Shown here piece by piece: positions 22,256 to 32,995 of a stretch of DNA of 64,000 nucleotides (the stretch's first letter is position 1; every line of letters starts with the position of its first letter). A program made the position numbers and the translations under genes. This DNA comes from an uncultured Pseudomonadales bacterium. GTDB lineage: Bacteria; Patescibacteriota; Microgenomatia; UBA1400; UBA1449. The DNA is taken from assembly GCA_964386355.1 (NCBI GenBank), contig CAYLQQ010000002.1, positions 45,374 to 109,373 of the forward strand, given 5' to 3'. Below the pieces are notes generated by a model. That model did not search any database, was not told where the DNA came from, and saw nothing but the letters and a program-made list of their open reading frames with translations.

Positions 22256-22444
22256 ATGATGAAACCGCAACTTCTTTCTCAATCAACCGATTCAAACCTG
22301 TATGTAAGCAGAGGCACTGAACTGCCTTGGCAGTATGTATATCGGCAACTACGCCTACATAAGCTTTCAGATGTAACCAGCTATCAAGTTAACGGTAATT
22401 TGTACATCGTTGTTTCGGTGGGAAAGGAGAAAAATAATGCATAA
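22256..22444 (+). CDS. Hypothetical small protein (orphan)
   Basis: 62-aa ORF with no recognisable motif. The better-placed SD (AAGGAGG, 7 nt) actually serves an ATG at 22249 in another frame (23 codons), so the coding assignment is uncertain. Confidence 0.25.
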   Translation: MMKPQLLSQSTDSNLYVSRGTELPWQYVYRQLRLHKLSDVTSYQVNGNLYIVVSVGKEKNNA

Positions 22445-22494
22445 TTTTAAAATATCAATGTTCAAAATAGTTAATAATTTTATTGGAGGTAAAT

Positions 22495-22689
22495 ATGCCT
22501 AGAGAAATGGATAGTCCTATAGTGGGGGCATCTTACATGCCGGATCCTGAAAATGCTAGGAGAGAGTTAGTGCATGCTGTAGCAGAAGCACAGAAATTAC
22601 TGGAACTACATGGAATAGATTCCTCTGCATTAAGCATGAGCCCACTGGAAACATTATCAGTAGCAGCGCAAATACAAACGTATTCATAA
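22495..22689 (+). CDS. Hypothetical small protein (orphan)
   Basis: A GGAGG SD lies 6 nt upstream of the ATG at 22495, and a terminator follows. No family recognised. Confidence 0.45.
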   Translation: MPREMDSPIVGASYMPDPENARRELVHAVAEAQKLLELHGIDSSALSMSPLETLSVAAQIQTYS

Positions 22690-22756
22690 GATTTATAGGT
22701 CATACATAGAAAGTATGTATACATAAAGACCGCAATCTCTTATACAATAGCAAAAG

Positions 22757-22777
22757 AAACGCGAAAGCGTTTTTTTT
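22757..22777 (+). terminator. Intrinsic terminator
   Basis: AAACGC-GAAA-GCGTTT followed by a T-run. Confidence 0.65.
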
Positions 22778-22804
22778 GCGGTTAATCATAAATTTAAAGT
22801 TATT

Positions 22805-23095
22805 ATGTCACAGCTTTGTGAGAGAGAACGAGTCCGTATGGTCGAAGATTTGGGATTACCCTCAAGTTGTGACTTTTATAGAATATTAACTGTCAAAGAG
22901 GGTGAGGAACTAGTTAAAAAGTTTAATGTATTAGCCCAAAAATTTTCTACTGATGGAGCCGAGTGTTTTGATTTAAAGGAAGCGTATTTGCATATGTTAC
23001 GTACTACGCAGTTTAATAAGGATAATTTGCCGCAACATGTTTCTATACCATCACTTTTTGTATTTAATAAACTGTATGATCAATATGGAAAATGA
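22805..23095 (+). CDS. Hypothetical small protein (orphan)
   Basis: 96-aa ORF with no recognisable motif. Confidence 0.4.
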   Translation: MSQLCERERVRMVEDLGLPSSCDFYRILTVKEGEELVKKFNVLAQKFSTDGAECFDLKEAYLHMLRTTQFNKDNLPQHVSIPSLFVFNKLYDQYGK

Positions 23096-23097
23096 GA

Positions 23098-24843
23098 TTA
23101 TTGTAGGTCTTTTACTATTAATTGTATCTTTTGTTTACTATTCCACTCATTCAAATCTATCTGGTATGCAAGATCGATTTTGTCACCCAGTTTATGTGTT
23201 TTGATGGAGTCGGGAGCGTTGAAGTAAAGGGTATCGTAAGTAGTTGTTGGTTGTAGGTTGTTGGTTGTAGGTGAAACCATAAGTTTATAATGCTGGCCGG
23301 ATTTGCCCATAGGATACAGCCCTTTTAATTCGATTCCCTTGGTTACAAATACAGGTTTTTGGTTTCCCATCCCAAAAGGTGCGAACTTTTCAATTTCTGC
23401 ATACAGGTCCATAGTAATATCTTCAGTCTTAAGTTCTGTTTCTGCTTCTAATGAAGGGACAAGCAATTTTTCATCAATATGTTCCTGAGCGTATGTTTGT
23501 AGCTTTTGAGTCAGATTCTTTATGTTATCTGTAGCGACACTAAAGCCCGCAGCCATGGGATGTCCACCAAGCTCCAGGAACTCCGTTTCAAATACGCGTA
23601 AAATTTCTATGATATTGACACCGGGAACCGAGCGGACTGAGCCTTTGGCAAAGCCGTCCATGATGGCTATAGCAATGCTTGGTCGGGCGAACGTTTCTGT
23701 GATTTTGCCGGCAATCAGTCCGATCACGCCGGCATTATACTGCTTGGATGAGATAATGATGATTTTGGGAATTGGTGTCTTGTGCTGAATGCTTTCAATA
23801 ATTGGCTGTAGATTATCATTGGTCAGTTCCTGACGCTGCTTGTTGGTTTGGCCAAGATGAAAAGCCAGCTCAATTGCCCGCTCCTGTTTACGTGTACAAA
23901 GTAAGCGTAAAGAATCAATTGAGTGTTCAAGCCTCCCGCTGGCGTTGATACGGGGAGCAATGACAAAACCGATATGGTATGTGGTCAGGGGTTTTTGGGG
24001 ATCAATACCAGCATCAGCCATAAGAGCTTTAAGACCGGGTCTGGTAGTTTTTGGGAGCAGTTGCAGGCCGCGCTTGACTATCTGGCGGCTGGGACCAAGT
24101 AGGGGAACAAGGTCGGCGATGATACCAATTGCTGCCAGCTCTACCAATGAATTTAATATCTCTTCTTTCTTGGATTGCTCGGTTTTAAAAAATGATAATA
24201 TTTCCTTTGCGAATATGTAAGCAACGCCTGCACCTGCAGTTTGAGTAGTATGGACAATGGCAAGACATTTAGGGAATTTGGTCTGTGATGTATTTTCAGG
24301 GAACCTGTTTGAACCCGGGATTGGCTCATGGTGGTCGCAGATAATGAGGTCTATTCCCTGCTGCTTACAAAACCCTGCCCCTTCAAAGGCCACAATGCCG
24401 TTATCAACTGTGATGATTAGTTTGGGCTTACCATGCTCAGAAATTGCATCTTCAAGTGATCTTGGTTTTATGCCATAGCCATGTTTTTCACGGTGAGGCA
24501 AAAACGGCAGAACCTCAAAACCTAAAAAATGTAAGGTTTCCCACATGATAGCAGTAGAGGTAACCCCATCTGTATCGTAATCTCCGTAAATCAGGATCTT
24601 TTCATCATTGATCTTAGCCTTTTTTAGCCGTTCCAAAGCCAGTTTGAGCTGCTGAAGGTCAATACCCAAGTCTTTTGGTGTTATATCATGAGGGTTAGTA
24701 TCATTAAAAAATTGATCGCGTTTCTTTTGTGTTTCAAGACTTCTATTTTTTAATAATATATCAATGATAGCCTGTTGCCGGTTGAAAGCATTTTGGGGTA
24801 TCTGGTGTTTAGTGATCCATTTTTTTTGCATATTCTTATACAT
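23098..24843 (-). CDS. recJ: Single-stranded-DNA-specific exonuclease RecJ
   Basis: DHH-family motifs IYGDYDTDGVTS and ICDHHEP, a DHHA1-like GGHPMAAG motif, and ~580 aa length. Confidence 0.9.
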   Translation of the reverse strand: MYKNMQKKWITKHQIPQNAFNRQQAIIDILLKNRSLETQKKRDQFFNDTNPHDITPKDLGIDLQQLKLALERLKKAKINDEKILIYGDYDTDGVTSTAIMWETLHFLGFEVLPFLPHREKHGYGIKPRSLEDAISEHGKPKLIITVDNGIVAFEGAGFCKQQGIDLIICDHHEPIPGSNRFPENTSQTKFPKCLAIVHTTQTAGAGVAYIFAKEILSFFKTEQSKKEEILNSLVELAAIGIIADLVPLLGPSRQIVKRGLQLLPKTTRPGLKALMADAGIDPQKPLTTYHIGFVIAPRINASGRLEHSIDSLRLLCTRKQERAIELAFHLGQTNKQRQELTNDNLQPIIESIQHKTPIPKIIIISSKQYNAGVIGLIAGKITETFARPSIAIAIMDGFAKGSVRSVPGVNIIEILRVFETEFLELGGHPMAAGFSVATDNIKNLTQKLQTYAQEHIDEKLLVPSLEAETELKTEDITMDLYAEIEKFAPFGMGNQKPVFVTKGIELKGLYPMGKSGQHYKLMVSPTTNNLQPTTTYDTLYFNAPDSIKTHKLGDKIDLAYQIDLNEWNSKQKIQLIVKDLQ

Positions 24844-25192
24844 GAGAATATTCTAAAAATAGTCGTTCCCGCTCCTGTTCTAGGAATTTAAGATTAGCTT
24901 CAATGTTTCGCAATGCAGTCTGAAGGTGTGGTTTTTTACTAAAGTCCAATACGTTGTTAATATCTGCCCACTGTTTTATCAGTTGTCTATTTCGATTATC
25001 CAGCGCTTGTTTGATGAGCTCAAATTGGCCATGCGTGGTCAGTTTGTGCCACTCTGGGAAATTTGCTAAATATAATGGATCATACTCACCAAATTCAATA
25101 GCTTTTGTTAGGGTGATTAGATCAGTTGTTGGCTGAGGGGATCCTGATTTTAAGGTTTCTCCAAATTCACCCGATTCATTGTAGTTAGCCAT
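24836..25192 (-). CDS. Hypothetical protein, translationally coupled to recJ
   Basis: 118-aa ORF whose stop overlaps the recJ start (ATGTATAA overlap). No family recognised. Confidence 0.5.
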   Translation of the reverse strand: MANYNESGEFGETLKSGSPQPTTDLITLTKAIEFGEYDPLYLANFPEWHKLTTHGQFELIKQALDNRNRQLIKQWADINNVLDFSKKPHLQTALRNIEANLKFLEQERERLFLEYSHV

Positions 25193-25195
25193 AGA

Positions 25196-26638
25196 TTGGA
25201 ATTAGATTTATTAATCAAGCTTGATTATAATACAAGCATGAATGTTAGCCTACCTAGATTAGTTTCACTAGTTTTACAAACTTTAGAAAAACAGAATTAT
25301 GCTGCCTACGTTGTGGGTGGATCGGTGCGGGATGTTTTATCAAACAACGGTCATGGAGTCAAAGACTGGGATTTTACTACAAATGCGACACCCGAGCAGA
25401 TCACAGAGCTTTTCCCGGAGTCTTTTTATGATAACCAGTTCGGTACGGTTGGGGTGACAGTAGAAGAACTCTTAAAGCAATTTGGTTTAGAGAATTATGA
25501 TCTGGAAAAAGATCATCTTAAGAACGAAGATGTATTTGAAATAACTACGTTTAGGAGCGAGGGATCATATAGTGATTTCAGGCGTCCGGATTTTGTAACA
25601 TGGGGAAAAACGATCGAAGAAGACCTTAAACGGCGTGATTTTACCATGAATGCCATGGCGCTTCGGTTAATTAAAGACGATGACTTTGAGCTGATCGATC
25701 TGTTTGGCGGAAAGCAGGACTTAGATAATAGATTAATCAAAGCAGTAGGAGACCCAAATGAACGCTTTGGTGAAGATGCTCTGCGGATGATGCGGGCAGT
25801 GCGTATGGCTGCTCAGCTTGGATTTATGATCGAGCCAAAAACGCTTGAGGCGATCAATCGCAATTCTCATTTGATTGCCAAAATTGCCTGGGAGCGTATC
25901 CGTGATGAGCTGCTCAAGCTTGTCTCTACGGACTTTGCTGTCGATGGCATGAAGCTGCTGCTTTCTACCGGCCTCTTGCATTTTATTTTACCCGAGATGG
26001 AGCGGACAGTCGGAGTGGTGCAAGCAGGGCACCACACAAAAGATGTCTGGCATCACAGTATTGATGCAATGGGAGCATGTCCTACAAAAGATCCGATCGT
26101 GAGGTTGGCTACTCTTATCCATGACTCTGGCAAGCCGATTGCTTTTAGACAAGAGGGCGGCAAGATCACGTTCTACGGACATGAGGTAATTAGTGGCAAG
26201 ATTGCCAAGCGGATCGGGCAAAGGCTTCACTTATCTAATCTTGATCAGGAGCGACTGTATATTCTGACCCGCTACCACATGTTTGCCTATGACTCAAATA
26301 TGACAGATGCCGCAATACGTAGGTTTATCCGTAAAGTTGGTTTGGAAAATATCAAAGATATGATGCGGTTAAGAATTGGAGACAGGGTCGGTGGAGGGTC
26401 GCCTGAAACATCGTGGAGGTTGCGAGAACTTAATGATCGTATTGAGGCAGTTCTTTACACTCCCATGCAGATCAAAGACCTTAAAGTCAGCGGCAATGAC
26501 ATTATGGAGATCTTAGGGATTAAACCTGGACCTAAGATTGGTGAGATATTACAGAAACTGTTTGACGAGGTGATGGAGGATAGCAGTAAAAATGAAAGAG
26601 AATATTTGATAGGCAGAATTAAGGAGCTAAGTAGTTAA
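25196..26638 (+). CDS. cca: CCA-adding tRNA nucleotidyltransferase / poly(A) polymerase family protein with HD domain
   Basis: GGSVRDVL...DWDFTT head-domain motifs, RDFTMNA, and an HD region (IHDSGKP). The likely true start is the ATG at 25238 (MNVSLPRL). Confidence 0.85.
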   Translation: MELDLLIKLDYNTSMNVSLPRLVSLVLQTLEKQNYAAYVVGGSVRDVLSNNGHGVKDWDFTTNATPEQITELFPESFYDNQFGTVGVTVEELLKQFGLENYDLEKDHLKNEDVFEITTFRSEGSYSDFRRPDFVTWGKTIEEDLKRRDFTMNAMALRLIKDDDFELIDLFGGKQDLDNRLIKAVGDPNERFGEDALRMMRAVRMAAQLGFMIEPKTLEAINRNSHLIAKIAWERIRDELLKLVSTDFAVDGMKLLLSTGLLHFILPEMERTVGVVQAGHHTKDVWHHSIDAMGACPTKDPIVRLATLIHDSGKPIAFRQEGGKITFYGHEVISGKIAKRIGQRLHLSNLDQERLYILTRYHMFAYDSNMTDAAIRRFIRKVGLENIKDMMRLRIGDRVGGGSPETSWRLRELNDRIEAVLYTPMQIKDLKVSGNDIMEILGIKPGPKIGEILQKLFDEVMEDSSKNEREYLIGRIKELSS

Positions 26639-26643
26639 TCGCC

Positions 26644-27096
26644 CTACATTTCTGTATGGTATCGTGCACTCATACTAACGAGGTGTTTTCTCGTTATATT
26701 AAGCAACTTGTTAGGATTTGTTGTTGCCTTGAGTAAGTAATCGGCTGCTCCCATATTTATCCCTTTTTGGATTGAGTTCATATCTCCCAGTTTGGTAAGA
26801 AATACAACTGGTATATCATGAGTTACGGGATGTTGTTTTAGATTCTGGCAAAGCCGGAATCCGTCCTGATTCGGAATAAGTAGATCAAGATAAATTAAAT
26901 CAGGTTTTAAAATAACTGCCTTTTCTAATACATCTTCAAACCTGAAGAAAATATTCACTAAAAAGCCACTGGCTTCCAGGAAGGATTTATACTGGTTAGC
27001 TTTATCTAAGTCATCATCAACAATAAACACTCTTCTGGGAATAAGTGTTTCTCTAACATCAAGCATACTCTCATTATACTCTAAAATTTTATCCAT
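26644..27096 (-). CDS. Stand-alone response-regulator receiver domain protein (CheY-like)
   Basis: RVFIVDDDLD..., the phospho-acceptor context DLIYLDLLIPNQDG, and a conserved T/K region (VVFLTKLGD). No output domain and no kinase gene nearby. Confidence 0.8.
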   Translation of the reverse strand: MDKILEYNESMLDVRETLIPRRVFIVDDDLDKANQYKSFLEASGFLVNIFFRFEDVLEKAVILKPDLIYLDLLIPNQDGFRLCQNLKQHPVTHDIPVVFLTKLGDMNSIQKGINMGAADYLLKATTNPNKLLNITRKHLVSMSARYHTEM

Positions 27097-27125
27097 ATCA
27101 TTTATATGTAGGTTATAATATAGGT

Positions 27126-28184
27126 ATGAATTTTCACAACCTTACGCAGGTGCTTAGCAAATACAATGAACCCAGCTATCGCTATACTCAAATAAGCTCA
27201 GATGTTGTGTCGGGGAGAGTCTTGTCTTTTAACGATATTTTTACTATCCCTATTTCACTAAGAACTACTCTATCGCAAGAATTGCTGGTATCTTCACTGA
27301 CTTCCCAGTCATTATTTGTTTCACAAGACAGAAAGGCTTATAAAGCACTTTTAAAATTACAAGATGGTCAGCTCATAGAAACCGTATTACTCAATCCAGC
27401 TCCAAGCCTCTGGTCTGTCTGTCTTTCGTGCCAAGTTGGGTGTCCTATGGGATGCACATTTTGTGCAACTGGTAAACAGGGTTTTACCCGCAATTTAACG
27501 AGTGAAGAAATTTGTGACCAGATACTCTTCTGGCGACAATATGTGGTGTCACAAAAACTTAAAATCCGTATTAGTAATATAGTTTATATGGGTATGGGTG
27601 AACCTTTTGCAAACCTTGATCCGGTACTGGAAAGCATTCAGTGGTTTATTGATCCAAAGCTATATGGGTTTGGGCAAAGACACATTTCCGTTTCAACCTG
27701 TGGTATTCCGGCAGGCATTGATAAGCTTGCACAAGTATTCCCTCAAGTTAATCTGGCACTTTCGTTACACGCCCCCAATGATGATTTACGAAAGGAGATT
27801 ATGCCAGTTGCTCGACAATTCTCGCTTGAAGAGGTTATGAATTCACTTAAAGAGTATGTTCAAAACACAAACAGGCAGGTATTTATAGAGTATGTAATGT
27901 TGGCACACAAAAACGACACAGACAAACATGCGCTTGAACTGGGTAATCTGTTAACTTCATTTTTTAAAGATAAATTTCATTTGATTCATGTAAATTTAAT
28001 TCCCTACAACTCAACAGGCAACACATTTATTGGATCCTCGATTGAAAGGATGGGGAAGTTTGAATCTATTCTGACTCACTTCCATATTAGTACGACCATC
28101 AGGAAAAGTTTGGGACAGGATATATCAGGTGCTTGTGGGCAGCTAAAGGGAAAGCTATCGGAAAACGATTTACAGCAGCTTTAG
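27126..28184 (+). CDS. rlmN: 23S rRNA/tRNA A-C2 methyltransferase RlmN (radical SAM)
   Basis: CQVGCPMGCTFCATG radical-SAM cluster motif, MGMGEPFAN, and a C-terminal GACGQL motif. Confidence 0.9.
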   Translation: MNFHNLTQVLSKYNEPSYRYTQISSDVVSGRVLSFNDIFTIPISLRTTLSQELLVSSLTSQSLFVSQDRKAYKALLKLQDGQLIETVLLNPAPSLWSVCLSCQVGCPMGCTFCATGKQGFTRNLTSEEICDQILFWRQYVVSQKLKIRISNIVYMGMGEPFANLDPVLESIQWFIDPKLYGFGQRHISVSTCGIPAGIDKLAQVFPQVNLALSLHAPNDDLRKEIMPVARQFSLEEVMNSLKEYVQNTNRQVFIEYVMLAHKNDTDKHALELGNLLTSFFKDKFHLIHVNLIPYNSTGNTFIGSSIERMGKFESILTHFHISTTIRKSLGQDISGACGQLKGKLSENDLQQL

Positions 28185-28760
28185 TTTTACTCTTGAATCA
28201 TACATTTTTTGAGCTATTTCATATATTCGGTCTTCGATGCTTTTTTCACCAAAGTATATAAATGCAGGATGTTGTAAGACATCCGAAGGTAAAAATGAAA
28301 TACAGAATTCAAGTTGAGTTATGGATTGTGTATATACATATAAGCACGCCAATAACTGATCGTTTCGTATCTTCATCGCTAAAAAATAATCCTTCATTTT
28401 GTCACCTGAACTGATTTCTGCGGCTTTTAACTGAATAAACAGTTCAAATGCCTGAGGAGAATCGACATTTTCTTTGATACGGTGAGTTATATGACCTGGA
28501 AGGGAATGAATTTGGTTGATCGCTGAGATAGCAATGTCTTGCTTAGATATATAGGCCAAGTCACGTACCTGATTCCAAAATTGTTGCTTATCTCCCAATT
28601 GAATCAATAGTTCGAATTTGTGATGAATTATTGTGAAATGTTCCAGAATAAAGTTGCGAAGCGTTTCTTTATCTAGTTGATTTCCTTTAAAAAAATTTTT
28701 CAAAAGCGTAGAAACATCGCTATCATTATTCAAGTCTGGTAATAGTATTTGATCGGACAT
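28170..28760 (-). CDS. Hypothetical protein
   Basis: 196-aa ORF, helical by composition, with no TM segment. Its 3' end overlaps the rlmN 3' end by 15 nt (convergent). Confidence 0.45.
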   Translation of the reverse strand: MSDQILLPDLNNDSDVSTLLKNFFKGNQLDKETLRNFILEHFTIIHHKFELLIQLGDKQQFWNQVRDLAYISKQDIAISAINQIHSLPGHITHRIKENVDSPQAFELFIQLKAAEISSGDKMKDYFLAMKIRNDQLLACLYVYTQSITQLEFCISFLPSDVLQHPAFIYFGEKSIEDRIYEIAQKMYDSRVKLKLL

Positions 28761-28778
28761 ACTCTGGGATATACTTAG

Positions 28779-30809
<2,031 letters not shown>

Positions 30810-30885
30810 GAGGGTGATAGATTATAGGGTTTGAATACTGATCGATAAAACTAGTATACTTAAACTAATACATTTTACTGCCCAT

Positions 30886-31404
30886 ATGTTTGATACTTTA
30901 TTTATATACACCCTAACAGTAATTATTTACATTGGCATTCTTTTCTTTTTCTTTTGGAGGCGTAATAGAAAACAAGAAGAACAGCTTAATGCTTTTTTGA
31001 AAGAAGCTAAAGAAAAACTTGAATTGCATAGAAAAGAGGCAAAAGTTCAAGCCTCAGGTAAAGTTGCCAAAGCATTTGAGCTGATCAAACGTTTACAAGG
31101 TGTTGCTGAGGATTTGGAGGGTCAAGTACAGACAGAGTATGAAAAAGTACTGGAAGAAGCCCAGCAGCAGAAAAAAGATATCATCGCTGAAGCACGCAGA
31201 CAATCTAAAGAAATACTTGAAGGAGCTGATGGAGAGCTCGCTCAGTATAAAGAAGAACGTAAGCGGGAAATTGAGAAAAACCTAGTGAAATTAGTAATGA
31301 GTGTCACTGAAAAGGTAGTCGGTAGGGGATTAACGCGTGAAGACCAAGTTGATCTGATCAGGGAAGCTGTTGAGGAAGTCAGGAAAGAAAAGGGACATTT
31401 ATAA
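30886..31404 (+). CDS. atpF: F-type ATPase subunit b (peripheral stalk)
   Basis: A single N-terminal TM (LTVIIYIGILFFFFW) followed by a ~140-aa charged coiled coil (…EEAQQQKKDIIAEARRQSKEILEGA…). It sits directly upstream of atpH. Confidence 0.8.
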   Translation: MFDTLFIYTLTVIIYIGILFFFFWRRNRKQEEQLNAFLKEAKEKLELHRKEAKVQASGKVAKAFELIKRLQGVAEDLEGQVQTEYEKVLEEAQQQKKDIIAEARRQSKEILEGADGELAQYKEERKREIEKNLVKLVMSVTEKVVGRGLTREDQVDLIREAVEEVRKEKGHL

Positions 31405-31431
31405 ATTGCTTACGTTTACTCTAAAGCATAT

Positions 31432-32010
31432 ATGGAAAAAGGTGTTGATAAATTAGCAAAACAACTGCTCTCTCAAATCTATACCACATCAGAACTTAAA
31501 AAAACTTCTCTGGCGTTAGAAGAACTATCACACTCTTCAACTTTTAAGGCAGAAACGCGCGCTATAGTAGCTAATCCTAAATTAGCTGATGAAGCTAAAG
31601 CAACACAATTACTAAAACTGTTTGATGAAATAGATATTCCTATAATCCAATCGTTTTTTTCAGGGGTTTTTAGTGAAGGAGAGTTCTGGATGTTTTCCTC
31701 CAAACAATTCGATTACTTCGACGAATTTGTAAGAGCTTTTCAGCTGGCTACTGAGAATGTACTAGTGGTATCGATGGTTACTGCTATTGAGCTTTATCCG
31801 CGTGAGCAGATGGTTTTTGCGCAAGAACTAGGGAAAAGCCTCGAAAGACAAGTTGTTTTGGACTTTAAACTTAATTCTGGAATTATCGGCGGAGCTCAGA
31901 TTCGAATCGGAAACCTAGTATTTGACTATACGTTGCGCTCTAAGTTTAATCAGTTTGAAAGGCAATGGATAAGTCGCATGGCAAAAACAGCTGCTTTTGT
32001 GGGGGAGTAA
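31432..32010 (+). CDS. atpH: F-type ATPase subunit delta (OSCP)
   Basis: Size is 192 aa. The C-terminal block VVLDFKLNSGIIGGAQIRIGNLVFDYTLRSKFNQF matches the delta/OSCP signature (..D.sliGG..v.vGd.v.D.S...rL). Confidence 0.8.
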   Translation: MEKGVDKLAKQLLSQIYTTSELKKTSLALEELSHSSTFKAETRAIVANPKLADEAKATQLLKLFDEIDIPIIQSFFSGVFSEGEFWMFSSKQFDYFDEFVRAFQLATENVLVVSMVTAIELYPREQMVFAQELGKSLERQVVLDFKLNSGIIGGAQIRIGNLVFDYTLRSKFNQFERQWISRMAKTAAFVGE

Positions 32011-32012
32011 AG

Positions 32013-32085
32013 TGATCCCACGGGGAATCGAACCCCGGTTTACGGGATGAGAACCCGCTGTCCTAGGCCACTAGACGATGGGACC
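32013..32085 (-). tRNA. tRNA-Glu (anticodon CUC), no encoded CCA
   Basis: The minus strand reads GGUCCCAUCGUCUAGUGGCCUAGGACAGCGGGUUCUCAUCCCGUAAACCGGGGUUCGAUUCCCCGUGGGAUCA. The 7-bp acceptor stem pairs (one G-U), the T-loop is GGUUCGAUUCC, and the anticodon loop is UU-CUC-AU. Confidence 0.9.
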
Positions 32086-32270
32086 AAAATAGTTTCAAAA
32101 TTGAGAATAAAATTAAATTCTAATTTTGAATAATGTATTATATCGTACAACTCAAGGCTTCGCACTCTCTTTTTGCAGAATTCTTACAAAATACCGACTG
32201 GATTCTTACAGATTAAATTCACTATTAAAAGGCCAAATTGGACAGTTGCTGGATATATAAAAAATACATA

Positions 32271-32299
32271 TTGACGATTACTGGTAAAAACCGTATATT
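32271..32299 (+). promoter_or_regulatory. Sigma70-like promoter upstream of greA
   Basis: TTGACG-17 nt-TATATT. Confidence 0.55.
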
Positions 32300-32319
32300 C
32301 TAGACAAGTTAAAAATGGT

Positions 32320-32343
32320 CATCCCGAGAGGGGTGTTTTTTTT
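32320..32343 (+). terminator. Promoter-proximal intrinsic terminator/attenuator in the greA leader
   Basis: CAUCCC-GAGA-GGGGUG followed by U8. It begins ~20 nt after the -10 element and ends ~80 nt before the greA ATG. Confidence 0.5.
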
Positions 32344-32424
32344 CTAGCAAAATCAGTAATTATTAACATTTTAATCCTGTTATTTTAGCAAAATATTGCT
32401 GACCTGACTGGATAAATACTCTAT

Positions 32425-32904
32425 ATGGCAGATTTGAGCGCAAACAGCGTCTACCTGACCAAGGACGGTTTAACAAACCTTGAAAAAGAACTTGAAGAGC
32501 TAAAAAAGGTTAAATTACCAAAACTAGTTAAACGCGTTGCGATAGCACGTGATAATGGTGATTTATCAGAAAATGCTGAGTATAGTTCTGCCCGTGAAGA
32601 ATTGTCATTTGTTGAAGGCAGAGTAGATGAACTTGAAGATATTCTAGCTCATGCGAAAGTGATAAAACAATCAAATGGGAGTGGTAAAAAGCAAGTCTCC
32701 TTGGGCAGCCAGATAACTGTTAAAGTTAATAATGGTGAGCATGTTTTTACTATTGTGGGTGAGTGGGAAGCGGATCCTATGGAAAAGAAAATCAGCCATG
32801 ATTCACCACTTGGAAAAGCGCTTTTAGGTAAAAAAGAAGGCGAAGAAGTTGAGGTAGAAGCTCCGGCGGGCAGGGTTGTATATAAAATCGTAAAAATTCA
32901 TTAA
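32425..32904 (+). CDS. greA: Transcription elongation factor GreA
   Basis: LTKDGLTNLEKELEELK...ARDNGDLSENAEYSSAREELSFVEGRVDELEDIL coiled-coil with the acidic tip (DLSENAEY). The C-terminal globular domain has the ISxxSPLGKALLGKKEGE motif. Confidence 0.93.
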   Translation: MADLSANSVYLTKDGLTNLEKELEELKKVKLPKLVKRVAIARDNGDLSENAEYSSAREELSFVEGRVDELEDILAHAKVIKQSNGSGKKQVSLGSQITVKVNNGEHVFTIVGEWEADPMEKKISHDSPLGKALLGKKEGEEVEVEAPAGRVVYKIVKIH

Positions 32905-32928
32905 TCATGCTGTTTTTATTAAACAGCA

Positions 32929-32962
32929 AAAAATCCTCCCGACGAACCGGGGGGATTTTTGG
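32929..32962 (+). terminator. Intrinsic terminator after greA
   Basis: AAUCCUCCCG-ACGAAC-CGGGGGGAUU followed by a U-run. A smaller hairpin GCTGTTT-TTATT-AAACAGC precedes it. Confidence 0.7.
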
Positions 32963-32995
32963 TAAAATAGCTACGTTTAGTAAATCAAAAAATAT

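Noticed and set aside
23244-23271. A perfect tandem duplication of a 14-bp unit (ttgttggttgtagg x2) inside the recJ coding region, considered as a possible slippage or frameshift switch.
   Set aside because: The ORF is intact through the repeat, and recognisable RecJ C-terminal sequence continues in frame. Two copies of a 14-mer in a Thr/Asn-rich loop are weak evidence for anything functional.
25196-25240. A possible leaderless cca transcript, since TATAAT lies 6 nt upstream of the ATG at 25238.
   Set aside because: No convincing -35 element is present, and the tracked ORF also allows an upstream TTG start. It cannot be resolved from sequence alone.
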